Both the position numbers and the translations under genes were made by a program. A stretch of 64,000 nucleotides of DNA from assembly GCA_030390025.1 (NCBI GenBank), contig CM059432.1, forward strand, positions 65,970,001 through 66,034,000, read 5' to 3'. How positions within the stretch are numbered: position 1 is the stretch's first letter; each line of letters opens with the position of its first letter. Origin of the DNA: Squalus acanthias (taxonomy: Eukaryota). Below the pieces are notes generated by a model, which saw only the letters and a program-made list of their open reading frames with translations, did not search any database and was not told the origin of the DNA. Below are positions 12,676 to 25,759 of the stretch, one piece after another.

Positions 12676-13164
12676 AATTAAATAAATCTGTTGGACTATA
12701 ACCTGGTGTTGTGCGACTTCTCATTTTTGTCCACCCCAGTCCAACGCCGGCATCTCCACATTTTGGAAGTTAGCACGGGAGTTTCCCAGGCGTGTGTTAA
12801 TATTTGCAGGGGACACAATAGAAAATGTAAAACCCTCTGGTTTATAATATACAGATAAATAGATATTGAGATTGTGGCCCTCAACAGACTTTAGCAAGTA
12901 ACCCTGAGCTATATTGATTGAGAGCCACTCTTCTAATTTCAAAGTACAGCTTACCAACAAAGTATGAAGATTTTTCTTGCATTCTAGTTGTAACAAAATC
13001 ATAAATCTGTTCTTTATGAATGCATTTATGATTTTGCCACACCTATTCCAGAAATGAAATCTCCCCCCTACATGACTTCCCATCTAACATTACCATGGAC
13101 GTTATTATAATGTTGCTGGGGCTTCAGGACGGCACTGGTTAAATGGAAACCACAACCTCGCTGC

Positions 13165-13790
13165 ATAAATCGCGTTTGACAAATTTATTAGAGTTTTTTG
13201 AGGATTGAACTAGCAGGGTAGATAAAGGGAAACCAGTGGATGTAGTATATTTGGATTTCCAAAAGGCATTCGATAAGGTGCCACATAAAAGGTTGTTAAG
13301 CAAGATAAGGGCTCATGGGGTTGTGGGTAATATATTAGCACAGATAGAAGATTGGTTAACGGACAAAAAACAGAGAGTAGGGATAAACGGGTCATTTTCA
13401 GGTTGGCAAGCTGTAACTTATGTAAGAGTCTGAGGGTGATTGACAGGGTAGATGCTGAGAGGTTGTTTCCCCTGGCTGGAGAGTCTAGAACTAGGGGGCA
13501 TAGTCTCAGGATAAGGGGTTGGCCATTTAAGACAGATATGTGGAAGGATTTCTTCACTCAGAGGGTTGTGAATCTTTGGAATTCTCTACCCCAAAGGGCT
13601 GTGGATGCTGAATCATTGAGTATATTCAAGGCTGAGATAGATAGACTTTTGGACTCTGGGGGAATCAAGGGATATGGAGATTGGGCGGGAAAGTGGAGTT
13701 GAGGTCGAAGATCAGCCATGATCTTATTGAATGGTGGAGCAGGCTCAAGGGGCCGATGGCCTACTCCTGCTCCTAATTCTTATTTTCTTA
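13165..13790 (+). mobile_element. CR1 LINE 3' fragment with internal deletion, followed by a short L2 tail to ~13885
   Basis: VYLDFQKAFDKVPH and FFTQRVVNLWNSLP motifs plus CR1 3' UTR. Confidence 0.85.
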
Positions 13791-14608
13791 TGGTGTCAAA
13801 CTTTGTTTGATATCACTCCTGTGAAGCGCCTTGGAACATTTTACCATTTTGAAGGTGCTATATAAATGCAAGTTGTTGTTGTTGCTCCATGCCTCCGATG
13901 TCTTTTCTTGACATTCATGAATAGTCAGCCACTCAGTGCCATTGGCGGCAGGGGACTCACTTTGTTTATATTATAGTGAGTTGTTAGCGACAGGAATACT
14001 GTATGCCTGTCACCAATGACATACTATCAGTATAAAATTGCTCAAACCTACCTTGTAACCACCTACTGTGTCTATGGGAAGTTTGTGAGCTTCCTTCGTG
14101 AGTTATTTCTTTCTTTAAAGTATTAACCGCGGCTTGTTATGGTAGGATGTCTAAATCTCCTCATCACAAGCAGTGCTCCGACTGCCATGAGGACAGTCAA
14201 GGCATCTCGGCCCAAGCTTTTTTTTATGAAGATGTGAACTGATGCTTGTTTCCTTAGCTAATTCCAAAGCGCAATCATAGCCCTGGTAAGTAGCCAAAAA
14301 AGGTTATGCTCCCTTCTGATTCAGATTTGTAACCAGTCTCCTCAGTGTGTTAGTAAAATGGGCCAATTCTTAACAAAGGTGTCAGAGACATAGGTGAAGG
14401 GCCTGGATTTGTCTGCTCCCCATGTTGCAGGTGGTTGTAAGTTAATGATTTTGTGTGACTGGAGTGAGCAGAACAAACAGAAGTTTGACTAGAATTCAAC
14501 TAATAGCATTAATGTTGCAAAAATAAATAATATCCATTCAGGTCTCAAACACCAGGGGGCTGATTTTAACTTTCGGCGGTGGCGGAAAACAGGTGCGAGC
14601 AGATATTC

Positions 14609-16045
14609 CTACCATTGAACAAAGGAAAATGATAGGTCATTCAGCAACTTGAGCTTATTGCACCATCCATAGATCATGGCTGATCTGTACCTCAACTCCA
14701 CTTTACCCACCTTTGCTCCATATCCCTTGATACACTTACCTAACAAAAATCTATCCATCTCAGTTTTATATACAATTACACAGAATATATGGCACCGAAA
14801 CAGGCCATTCAGCCCAACCAGTCCATGCCGGCGTAAATGCTCCACTCGAGCCTCCTTCCACTCTTCCTCATTTAACTTTATCAGCATAACCTTCTATTAC
14901 CTTCTCCCTCATATGCTTTTGGCCTCCCCTTAAATACATCTATATTATTCACCTTAACCACTCCCTCTGGTAGCGAGTTCCACATTCTCACCACTCTCTG
15001 GGTAAAGAAGTGTCATCTGAATTCCCTATATGATTTCTTGGTGACTATCGTATATTGATGGCCTCTAGTTTTGCTCTTTCCCCTAAGTGGAAATACTCTC
15101 TCTGTGTCTACTCTATCAAAACCTTTCATAATTTTAAAGACCTCTATTAGGTCAGCCGTCAGCCTTCTCTTTTCAAGTGTGGCATCTAATCAAAGGCCTT
15201 TTGGAAATCTAGATAAATTGCATCTACCACATTACCCTTGTCTACTCTCATTGTTACCTTTTCAAAGAATTCAATGAGGTTGGTTAACGAAGACATTCCC
15301 TTTTGAAATTCATGCGGACTATTCATTATTGTATTTTTGGTTTCTGGGGGGGGAGATATTGGGTACCTTTGCGCCTCCCGTTATCGCCTCTGGGGGCGAT
15401 AATGGGCCGCTAGCCAATTACCGCCTAGGCGTAGTGAGAATATCACCTCCTGCTAAATTTGGTGGGAGGTTTGCGGTGGTGGTATGGCATTGCGCCCCGA
15501 TCCTTCGCCTGGAGATTGAGCCCCGGACTCGAACTTCAGTTTCGCCCCCTGCAGCATTGCCGGGCGACAACACTATAGGAGGCGTTCATCCGAAGGCCGG
15601 GTGCTTCGGGGGCGATATTTAAAGGCGAAGTTGCCGGGGTAGGGAAAAAATAATCAAAAGCACGTTTTCTGTTTTTTTTTCCTTTTCTCCCCAGCACTCG
15701 ATCAGTCTGGCACTCTGCTGCAGTGATCGGGCTGATCCTTCTTGGAGTGCAAAACTGAATTTTTTAAAAAGTTGTGAAACATTAGCGCCTGGTGCTAATT
15801 TTTTCAACTTCTAAAAGTTAAAGCCCCAAACGGGTCCTTTAGTAGGGATTCCATTATTTTTCCTACACCAATGTTAAGCTGACTGGTCTATAGTTCCCTG
15901 GACATGTTCTATCTCCCTTCTTAAATATATGTATAATGTTAGCAGTAACACCACTCCTCTGGTACTACACCTTTTTCAAACAAATTATTAAATATGTTTA
16001 ATAGTGCCTCTTGTATCTCTTCCCCAGATTCTTTTAAAATGCGCT
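14609..16045 (-). mobile_element. Fragmented CR1 pieces interrupted by a GC-rich Harbinger-type MITE fragment (~15346-15835)
   Basis: Antisense CR1 3' UTR and RT remnants. The GC-rich insert resembles the ends of the 27653 MITE family. Confidence 0.6.
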
Positions 16046-17500
16046 TGAAAGTCAATGTATAGGAAAATCGGCCAGGGTGTATAACGGGCGACTGATACAT
16101 TACCACCCATTGCCAAAAGTTAAACTCAGCCCTCATGTTTCATGTCACCTTAAATAATCAACAGTGCTGTATGAAATAATCACCGCTGAGCACACATTTA
16201 TTTCCCCTAATTATAAAACACAGAGATTTCAAGTATTGATTCAATATAATATTAATACAACACCACTCACTATTAAACAGGTTTGATTTTTTTTAATAGT
16301 CATTGTTAGTTATTTTAATGTTTGACTCCATTTTCAGCTGGCCCTACATTTTAAGTTACCAGTAGGTAGAACTGTAAGGTTAGATAGTAAATCGTGACGC
16401 AAACCATACTTCAGTTGATTATGCTCTGACTATTTTCTATCACACCAAGCTAAATAATACGATCCTGTATGCAGCACACGCCTATCGATTTCTCAATTGA
16501 TTGATTACAAGTCGCGTTACTTCTAACACCATCCAACATTATAGATTTGCATATAAAAATGTGAGGGAAAATTTTAACTAACCCGCCCGGAGGGAAACGG
16601 GTTCACCACTCATTTTACACCACGTAATTTTCCTCTCCATTGAATTCAAAACCCCTATAATGTTCGTTAACTGAGCTTCCTGGGGCTTGGGGAAACCACC
16701 TCTTAACTGGAGACCTACAACCTCATGTGTCTCTGATGGTTAAACTTCGGGGGTTGGGGGAGGGTGGGTGAAATTTCTTGCTTCAGATAATTTTTGTGAA
16801 AATACCAGCGTGAGTACAAAGTGGTATCACTTCCCATTTGCACTATAATTATCCTCAGAAGGAATTCCACCATCAGGCATGGAATTGGCCTAGTGGCACA
16901 GTGTCCTAGTGATCCATTCCTTCATGGTTCAGGATGTGGCTTTGCATTCCCAGTTTCCCACATAGTGATGGTCAGAAACTTGCCGGTATAATGGGTGGGA
17001 GGCATAGAGCCCCCTCACCCCCCATTCCTAAAACGCTCTCACACAGCTCCAAGCAACCACCTCAAAAGCATTACTGGCAGTGGCCTGGGTGGAGGAGCCC
17101 TGACCACTGCCTCAATAGGGTGAGGCACAGAGAGACTTGAAGGGAGGAAAGAATATCATTAAAAAAAAAACCAAAATAAAATAGCAACATAAAATATCAT
17201 TGTTGTTTAATTCTATTCTATCAGCAGCACCCAATAATTAACATGGCTGAGACAGCAGTATACTGTATATAGAAAGGATCTATCATTTATTTTAGTTTTG
17301 CTTTTATGTATATTTTTAAAAACTTTACAGGGAAAAATGAGCGGCAGATATATAAGTTTAAAAAGTCTGAAATGCCCAAATGACATCACAAAGCATATAA
17401 GTTAAAAAAATTGATTTAAGGGGTCAGAAATACTCACATTTTCATAGTCATTATGCTGTTCAAAAATGTTTTAGTTTCAGTTACTTAATTGATATCTTAC

Positions 17501-17644
17501 CATTTGTGGGAGTTGGATGTCAGCGAGGCTGTTAATAAGGGCCTGACTCAGGCCAGCTAATTCCTTTAACAAACTCTCATTGTGCTGCTCAATTAGTTTA
17601 TTCTCCTCCTCAATTGTTTTCAAATTGCTCTCCATGGAAGTAAT
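17501..17644 (-). CDS. ST18: ST18-like exon: [48 protein letters not shown]
   Basis: 144 nt, AG acceptor and gtaaga donor. Close to the ST18 C-terminus as I recall it. Confidence 0.93.
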
Positions 17645-18048
17645 CTAAAAATTTAGAAATAATTTTTCTTTAATTACATAATGGGCGTTTTACAAATTTC
17701 ACAGAAATACAGCTTTTATTTATTACTGACAATGTAGCACTAAGATGCTTGCAGTTCTTCATCTACAGAATTAGGATGTATGCCAAGTTGAGTTTATTGA
17801 TGTGGGTATCAGCTAAATCATAAAGGTGTAGTATTTATTCAACACTGTGGAACGATAAATGGAGAAATAAAAAATTCAAACATTTTAAGAAGGGACCAAT
17901 TTTATAGCATTGTTTTGAGTCGCAGAAAAATGTTGTACTCTAGTGTAGCAAACCCATTTCTTCATGTAAACCATTTCCATAGTCCCTGCAAAAATGCAGT
18001 AACTGGTTTCTGGGATTACGTTCAGTTCTAATACTGGCTAATGTTTAC

Positions 18049-18152
18049 CTGTGTCTGGAGTTTTATCATATCTGCTTCCATTTTTAAGTTTGATTCATTC
18101 AGCTCCTTAATCTCATCATCCAAATGATTGATTTCCTCATCGTTTTCAGCTC
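18049..18152 (-). CDS. ST18: ST18-like exon: [35 protein letters not shown] (coiled coil)
   Basis: 104 nt, AG/GT ends, phase 1 to 0. Confidence 0.92.
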
Positions 18153-18540
18153 CTATAGAAAATAAAGGCATGAAATTTACTGATATAGAATATACCTTTA
18201 GATGGCGCACACAGTCTATGGAAAGCATATGTTACCTGGAGGTCACTTGTAAGTTTAGTTTAGGTACTGCAGACTGTATGTTCAGTGCTAACCTTGCTTA
18301 AGTTTGCATAGTCAGAGGGAGGTCCCTTAATCTGCATTTGGTTTTCCCCCACAAGCCAGAGGAACATCTGTCCTTTACTGGGGCCGGGAGGAGGTGGTGG
18401 CAACCCCCCAAAAAAAGTCTTGTTTGTAAGGAAGCCGAAATGCTAACTAAAGTTACGTTCTTTCCTCAGGGTCCAGGCTGAAATCTAGGTCTGGACCTCC
18501 ACGTGCTCCCCATTACCACTGTTTGGCAACCCGTACTCTT

Positions 18541-18999
18541 TGATGAGACCCCTAGTCTTATGGTGAGATCCCTAGTCTTATGGTGAGATCCCTAGTCTTA
18601 TGGTGAGATCCCTAGTCTTATGGTGAGACCCCTAGTCTTATGGTGAGATCCTTAGTCTTATGGTGAGATCCCTAGTCTTATGGTGAGACCCCCTAGTCTT
18701 ATGGTGAGATCCCTAGTCTTATGGTGAGATCCCTAGTCTTATGGTGAGACCCCTAGTCTTATGGTGAGACCCCTAGTCTTATGGTGAGATCCCTAGTCTT
18801 ATGGTGAGATCCCTAGTCTTATGGTGAGATCCCTAGTCTTATGGTGAGATCCCTAGTCTTATGGTGAGACCCCTAGTCTTATGGTGAGACCCTAGTCTTA
18901 TGGTGAGATCCCTAGTCTTATGGTGAGACCCCTAGTCTTATGGTGAGATCCCTAGTCTTATGGTGAGATCCCTAGTCTTATGGTGAGATCCCTAGTCTC
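18541..18999. repeat. 20-bp minisatellite (TGGTGAGAYCCCTAGTCTTA) x ~23
   Basis: Direct tandem units with no spacers. Confidence 0.95.
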
Positions 19000-19782
19000 A
19001 CCAATGATGCACTCACCAACTGAGAGGTCAGAGAGGCAGGAAATCCTGGCAGTGGAGTCCCCACCCCTACTATGCTGCTGGCCTATTGTTGAGGTGGTCA
19101 GTGCCCCATTTCTGCCAGATGGCTTCACAATCAACTCCTCTGCTTCTTCGGACGGAGTTTTCTGTACCTGGGTGGGTCAGATGCGGGCGGTCGTCGTGGC
19201 AGGTCACAACTCCACTCCTCATTCCATTCCGCTCCTGAGATTGACTTTCCAGTAATGGCAGCTATTAAGGCAACCCTGCGCGTTACCCGGTGGGTCTGAT
19301 GACATCATCGATGACGCGTTTTCAGCCGGGATATTTAAAGGGACCATGGCCACATTGCATTTGAGGGTTCATCTAGGATAGTGCAGTCAGGGCACTGAAC
19401 CATTGGAGTGTTGCAAAGAGTGGCAAACATGATTGCACAGAGACAGAGGACTGCACCCAGGTTCTCGATGATTCCCTCCATATGCTTGTGGAGGGAGTGA
19501 GAGCATGCAGGGAGGTCTTCTTCCCTTCCGATGGGTGGCAGAGACCTCGCCAGGAGACCAAAGGAGCCTGGCTCCAAATTGCAGAGGAGGTCAACAGCAG
19601 GGATGTTGTCAGGAAGACCTGGGTGCAGTGCCGCAAACGTTTCAGTTATCTCATTAGATTAGGAAAGGTGAGTGCAAAACTACACTCAACTTCATCAACT
19701 TCATCCTGTTCAACTTCATCCACACATTCCCATCACTCTGCCTTCCCAACCCTACTCCTGCACATCATTACTCACACCAACA

Positions 19783-22187
19783 TAAGTAGCAAATGGCAGA
19801 GGCTTTAACCAAATATTTTGTATCTGTCTTCACAGGAGAAGACACAAAAGTATCAATAATAGTGGGGAACAAAGGGGCTAATGAAAGCGAGGAACTTAAA
19901 GTAATTAACATAAGTGGAGAAAAAGTACTTGTGAAACTAATGGGACTAAAAGCCGACAAATCCCCTGGACCTGGTGGCCTACATCCTAGGGTACTAAAAG
20001 AGGTGGCTGCAGAGATAGTGGATGCATTGGTTGTGATCTTCCAAAATACCCTAGATTCAGGAAAGGTCCCAGCATATTGGAAGATAGCAAATGTAACTCT
20101 GCTATTCAAGAAAGGAGGGAGAGAGAAAACTGGTAACTATAGGCCAGTTAGCCTGACATCATTTGTCGGGAAAATGCTGGAATCCATTATTAAGGAAGTG
20201 GTAACAGGGTACTTAGAAAATCAAAATATGATTAGGCAGAGGCAATATGGTTTTATGAAAGGTAAATCGTGTTTGACAAATTTATTAGAGTTTTTTGAGG
20301 ATGTAACTAGCAAGGCAGATAAAAGGGAACCAGTGAATGTAGTATATATGGATTTCTAAAAGGCATTTGATAAGGTGCCACATAAAAGGTTGTTAAGCAA
20401 GATAAGGGCACATGGGGTTGGGGGTAATATATTAGCATGGATTGAGGACTGATTAATGGACAGAAAACAGAGAGTTGGGATAAACGGGTCATTTTCAGGT
20501 TGGCAAGCTGTAACTAGTGGGGTGCCACAAGGATCAGTGCTTGGGCCTCAGCTATTTACAATCTATATTAATGACTTTGATGAAGGAACCGAGTGTAATG
20601 TATCCAAGTTTGCTGACGATACAAAGCTAGGTGGAAAAGTAAGCTGTGAGGAGGACGCAAAGAGACTGCAAAGAGATATAGACAGGTTAAGTGAGTGGGC
20701 AATAAGGTGGCAGTTGGAGTATAATGTGGGGAAATGTGAGTTTATTCAATTTGGTAGGAAGTATAGAAAAACAGAATCTGGGGAAATTCGGTTCCGCCCC
20801 GTAACCGAATTAGCGCCAGACATTTAGCGCCCGGCGTGGGAGTACTGCCCCGGCCGCTAAATTGGGCTTCCCGCCCGGTGAGGAAGCGGAGCGCTATCTC
20901 GGGCACTCCACTTCCTCTCGGGGTGGTGTCTGGGGTGCAAAGCGCGGTAGCGCCGGAGCGCTACGCGGCCGCTCCACGTAGCGCTGAGGCATTTCACCAC
21001 CCCATCCCTTCTGTTAAAGGGGAGGGACACTGCGAGCTCTGCAGGCCGTTTGATGGCCTCCACTAGCCCACCAGGGCGGCGTGGTGCCGTGGCCGCAGGG
21101 CCAAGGGCCGCCACGAGGGGCCAACCTGGAGGTCGGCCAGAAGAGAATGGCAGCGCGGGGCGCAGCCGGACATCTCCTTTAATTACCGCCCTGCCAGCGG
21201 TGTGCGGCCCGATTTACGACCTGTGAGGCTGTTGCTGACATCGCCCGTGGCAGCCTCGCGGGGTGCTGCCGAATATCTGCCGCGGGGCGGTAAGGAGCCG
21301 TGGCGGGGCGCTAAGGGGCCACGTCGCTCGGCGATGAAGTCATTGCCGGCAGGCGATAACTCCTTTGTGCCCCGTTAGCACCCCCCAGAGGGGCTAACGG
21401 CGGGCGCAAAGGAGGCGAATTTCGTCCCCAATATTTCTTAAATGGTGAGAAACTATTAAATGTTGGTGATCAGAGAGTTTTGGGTGTCCTAGTACAAGAA
21501 ACACAGAGAATTAACATGGAGGTACAGCAAGCAATTAGGAAGGCAAATGGCAATTTGGCCTTTATTGCTAGAGGGTTGTAGTACAAGAGTAAGGAAGTTC
21601 TGCTACAATTGTACAGATCTCTGGTGAGACCACACCTGGAGTACCGAGCACAGTTTTGGTCTCCTTATTTAAGGAAAGATATACTTGCCTTAGAGGCGGT
21701 GCAACAAAGGTTCACTAGATTAATTCCTGGGGTGAGAGGGTTGTCCTATGAGGAGAGATTGAGTAGATTGGGCCTATACTCTCTTAAGTTTAGAAGAATG
21801 AGAGGTGATCGCATTGAAACATATAAGATTCTGAGTGGGATTGACAGGGTAAATGCTGAGAGGTTGTTTTCCCTGGCTGGAGAGTCTAGAACTAGGGAAC
21901 ATAGTCTCAGGATAAGGGGTCGGCCTTTTAAGACTGAAATGAGGAGGAATTTCTTTACTCAGAGGGTTGTGAATCTTTGGAATTCTCTGTCCTAAATTGC
22001 TGTGGATGCTCAGACATTGCGTATATTCAAGGCTGAGATAGATAGATTTTTGGACTCTGGAGGAATTAAGCAATAGGGCAGGAAAGTGGAGTTGAGGTCG
22101 AAGATCAGTCATGATCTTATTGAAAGGCGGAGCAGGCTCGAGGGGCTGTATTGCCTACTCCTGCTCCTAATTCTTATGTTATTATGT
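19783..22187 (+). mobile_element. CR1 LINE inserted in Myb intron 1
   Basis: [25 protein letters not shown] and RPHLEY motifs plus 3' tail. Confidence 0.9.
20778..21429. mobile_element. GC-rich Harbinger-type MITE inserted in the CR1
   Basis: Imperfect TIRs and AAT TSD. Removing the insert restores CR1 KTEYFLNGEKL. Confidence 0.8.
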
Positions 22188-22672
22188 CCACCCATCATTC
22201 TCTCTCTATCTACATTATCGCATCCCCATCTGACTAACCACCCCACACACTCACCCTCATCCTAATGCAATCATACCAACTAACAACACACAAGGAGGCC
22301 ACTTTGCATTGCCACCCAACTCCATCATAGTCATCCTCTAAAGATGTAACCCATCCATTCCTTACACTCATTCCATCACTCTCACTCAACCTTCTCTTCT
22401 TTCCCTCCTTGCAGAAGACAGCCCACAATAAAAGGGAGAGGGAGAGAACTGGAGGTGGCCCTCAATCATTGGCCACCTTAACAGCAGCAAAGGAGGTGGC
22501 CCTGGAAGTGTCAGGAGTCGCAGAGCAGCTGGAGGTGGGAGACAGAGAGAGGGGGACATCTCAGCAACCTGGTGACAGAATTACACCTCATACAGCCACA
22601 TGGCATACAGCAGTCACTCATAAGGGGAATTAGGTCAGCAGCTAGTGAATGTTCATCATTGCATAATGGTAC

Positions 22673-24395
22673 AGAATCATAGAATGGTTACAGCACAGAA
22701 GGAGGCCATTTGGCCCATCGAGCCCATGCCGGCTCTCTGCAAGAGCACTTCAGCTAGTCCAACTCTCTCTAAGGCCTTCACATCCTTCCTAAAGTGCGGT
22801 GCCCAGAATTGGACACAATACTCCAGTTGAGGCCGGACCAGTGTTTTATAAAGGTTCATCATAACTTCCTTGCTTTTGTATTCTATGTCTCTATTTATGA
22901 AGCCCAGGATCCCGTATGCTTTTTTAACCGCTTTCTCAACCTGCCCTCCCACCTTCAATGATCTGTGCACATATACCCCCAGGTTTCTCTGTTCATGCAC
23001 CCGCTTTAGAATTGTACCCTTTAGTTTATATTCCCTCTCCTCGTTCTTCCTACCAAAATGTATCACTTCGCACTTTTCTGCGTTAAATTTCATCTGCCAC
23101 ATGTACGCCCATTTCACCAGCCTGTCTATGTCCTCTTGAGGTATATCACTATCCTCCTCACTGTTCACTATACTTCCAAGTTTTGTGTCATCTGCAAATT
23201 TTGAAATTGTGCCCTGTACACCCAAGTCTTAATCATTAATATCGATCAAGAAAAGCTGTGGTCCTAGTATCGACCCCAGGGGAACACCACTGTATACCTT
23301 CCTCCAGTCCGAAAAACAAACGTTCACCACTACTCTCTGTTTCCTGTCACTTCGCCAATTTCATATCCATGCTGCCACTGTCCCTTTTATTCCATGGGCT
23401 TCAACTTTGCTGGCAAGCCTATTATGTGGCACTTTATCAAACACCTTTTGGAAATCCATGTACACCATGTCAACCGCATTGCCCTCATCAACCCTCTCTG
23501 TTACCTCATCAAAAAACTCAATCAAGTTAGTTAAACACAATTTGCCTTTAACAAATCTGTGCTGGCTTTCCTTAATTAATCCATACTTGTCCAAGTGACT
23601 GTTAATTTTGTCCCTGATTATCGTTTCTAAAAGCTTCCCCACTACTGAGGTTAAACTGACTGGCCTGTGGTTGCTGGGTTTATCTTTACACCCTTTTTTG
23701 AAGAAGGGTGTAACATTTGCAATTCTCCAGTCCTCTGGCACCACCCCGGTATCTAAGGAGGATTGGAAGATTATGGCCAGTACCGCTGCAATTTCCACTT
23801 TACTTCCCTTAGCATCCTAGGATGCATCCCATCTAGTCCTGGTGACTTATCTACTTTAAGTACTTCCTCTTTATCAATTTTTATCTCATCCAGTATCTCC
23901 ACTACCTCTTTTTTCACTATGACTCTGCTAGCATCTTCTTCCTTATTAAAGACAGATGCAAAGTATTCATTTAGTACCTCAGCCATGCCCTCTGCCTCCA
24001 TGCTTAGGTCTCCTTTTTGGTCCCCAATCAACCCCACCCGTCCTCCGACTACCTGTTAACTATTTATATGCCTACAGAAGACTTTTGGATTCCCTTTTAT
24101 GTTAGCTGCCAATCTATTCTCATACTCTCTCTTTGCCCCTCTTATTTCCTTTTTCACTTCCCCTCTGAACTTTCTATATTCTGCCTGGTTCTCACTTCTG
24201 ACATCTGTCATACGCCCCCTTTTTCTGCTTCATCTTACTCTCTATCTCTTTCTGCATCCAGGGAGCTCTGACTTTGGTTGCCCTACCTTTCCCCCTCGTG
24301 GGAATGTACCTCGACTGTACCCAAACCATCTACTCTTTAAAGACAGCGCATTGTTTGATTACAGTTTTGCTTGCCAATCTTTGATTCCAATTTAC
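22673..24395 (-). mobile_element. CR1 LINE inserted antisense in Myb intron 2
   Basis: RT ORFs 22677-23225 and 23361-23798. Similar to 63020-64000. Confidence 0.88.
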
Positions 24396-25759
24396 CCAAT
24401 CCTACTCTTTATTGATATGACATATCTAACTCATCTCTTTACTGTCCCACAGGTCCGTCAAGATCTCCCCCCCGCCCCCCCCCCCCCTCACTGTCCAGGA
24501 GGAAGAGTAAGATGACACCTCAGAGGAGCCTCCAGCCTCTGAGGGTGCACCATCACCAGACATAAGCACACCCAGGACCAACGCAGATACAAACACCTCG
24601 GTGGGTGCCACGCGAGATAGAGTAGTGTTGTCACCTGGTGTCTCACAAGTCACAAGTGAGCAAGAGAAGATGGTGGAGACAGGGACAGCAGTGGAGACTC
24701 CTCACCGGAGGGCACAGGATGCTCCCAGCTTTGCTCAGCTGCATGCAGACGCTGAGCCTCGGGGGCCATCCAGAAAGAGGGCATTCCTGGAGGTGCAGCA
24801 AGACATGCAGCAGGCTTTGACAGGTTTTGTGATCCTGATGTCTGCAAATGTGCAGAGAATGGAGGAGTCCATCTCCAACATGAGCACCACCATGTCGCAG
24901 GCGATGGTGACTGTAGGCTCTTCCATGGAAAAGCTGGCCACCTGCATGGAGCAGCTAATGCGCCACTCACAGGAGCACATGGTCTCGATGGAGAATAGAT
25001 GGCTATCTATGGAGAATAGGTGGCAGATGCCCATAGACCTACTGTCTAAGTGGGATCTCAGTGTAGACGTGGGTCCTCATGCCCCACTGCTGTGCAGCAA
25101 GGTGCTCTCCAGCTCCTTGCTAGCAGGGAAGTGTGGGTGGCCCATGAGACGGATGATGGTGAGAGGGGACATGAGAGGGGCTCCTCTCAAAGCGCTCACA
25201 CTTCTCCCCCGTTGCCCCACCACCCCCTCAGTCAGAGTCCCAGATGGCTCCTCGGATCCCGATGGCCGAGTCTGCCCCTGCACAGTTGCAGGAGGAGCAG
25301 ACTTTGGCGGGGCCATCACAGGCTCCAAAACCCAGAGGACATCCGCCAAAAGGGTCTAAGCAGTCGCAGCAGGGAAGTGAGCAGACTGCCTCTACCTCTG
25401 CTGAAGCCATAGGGGTAACACCTCATAGAAGCATGGGTAAGAGAAAGATAAAACACAAGTAGATGCACAAAGGTAGCCACTTGGGTGTTTTAATAAATGT
25501 TTGTGTAAAGTTTCCATTACTGTGATGTTACAGATAAAAATATTTATTTTCACCACTTTCCGGCCATGGACAAATTTGTGTGCAACTTTGGAAGTGGTTT
25601 AGTGAGTTGGAGTGAATGGTGAGACATAACAATACCTCCAGCAATGGTGGTCAGTATGAAAGGATTGGCTTGGTCATTGTAGGGATGCTTTATGGTGTTG
25701 CTGTGGGGTGGTACGAACCTGGTGCAGCATGTGACAGCCATATGGGTGCAATGCCTGAA

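Larger units (their letters stand above)
11565..12760 (+). mobile_element. 5'-truncated Penelope-like retroelement with GIY-YIG endonuclease and inverted pseudo-LTRs
   Basis: VVYLIHC...WYIGET...LRQRMNGHR motif. ~275-bp inverted repeats at 11564-11837 and ~12454-12728. 12-bp direct repeat TTTTGGAAGTTA at 11553-11564 and 12761-12772. Confidence 0.9.
19429..25462 (+). pseudogene. Myb/SANT gene of copy 2 (exons 19429-19667, ~22415-22571, ~24453-25462), frameshifted
   Basis: AWLQIAEEV...QCRKRF motif. Exons align with copy 1. 1-nt deletion near 19467. Confidence 0.78.

Noticed and set aside
18541..18999. CRISPR-like array
   Set aside because: Units are contiguous with no unique spacers and no cas genes, in a vertebrate intron.
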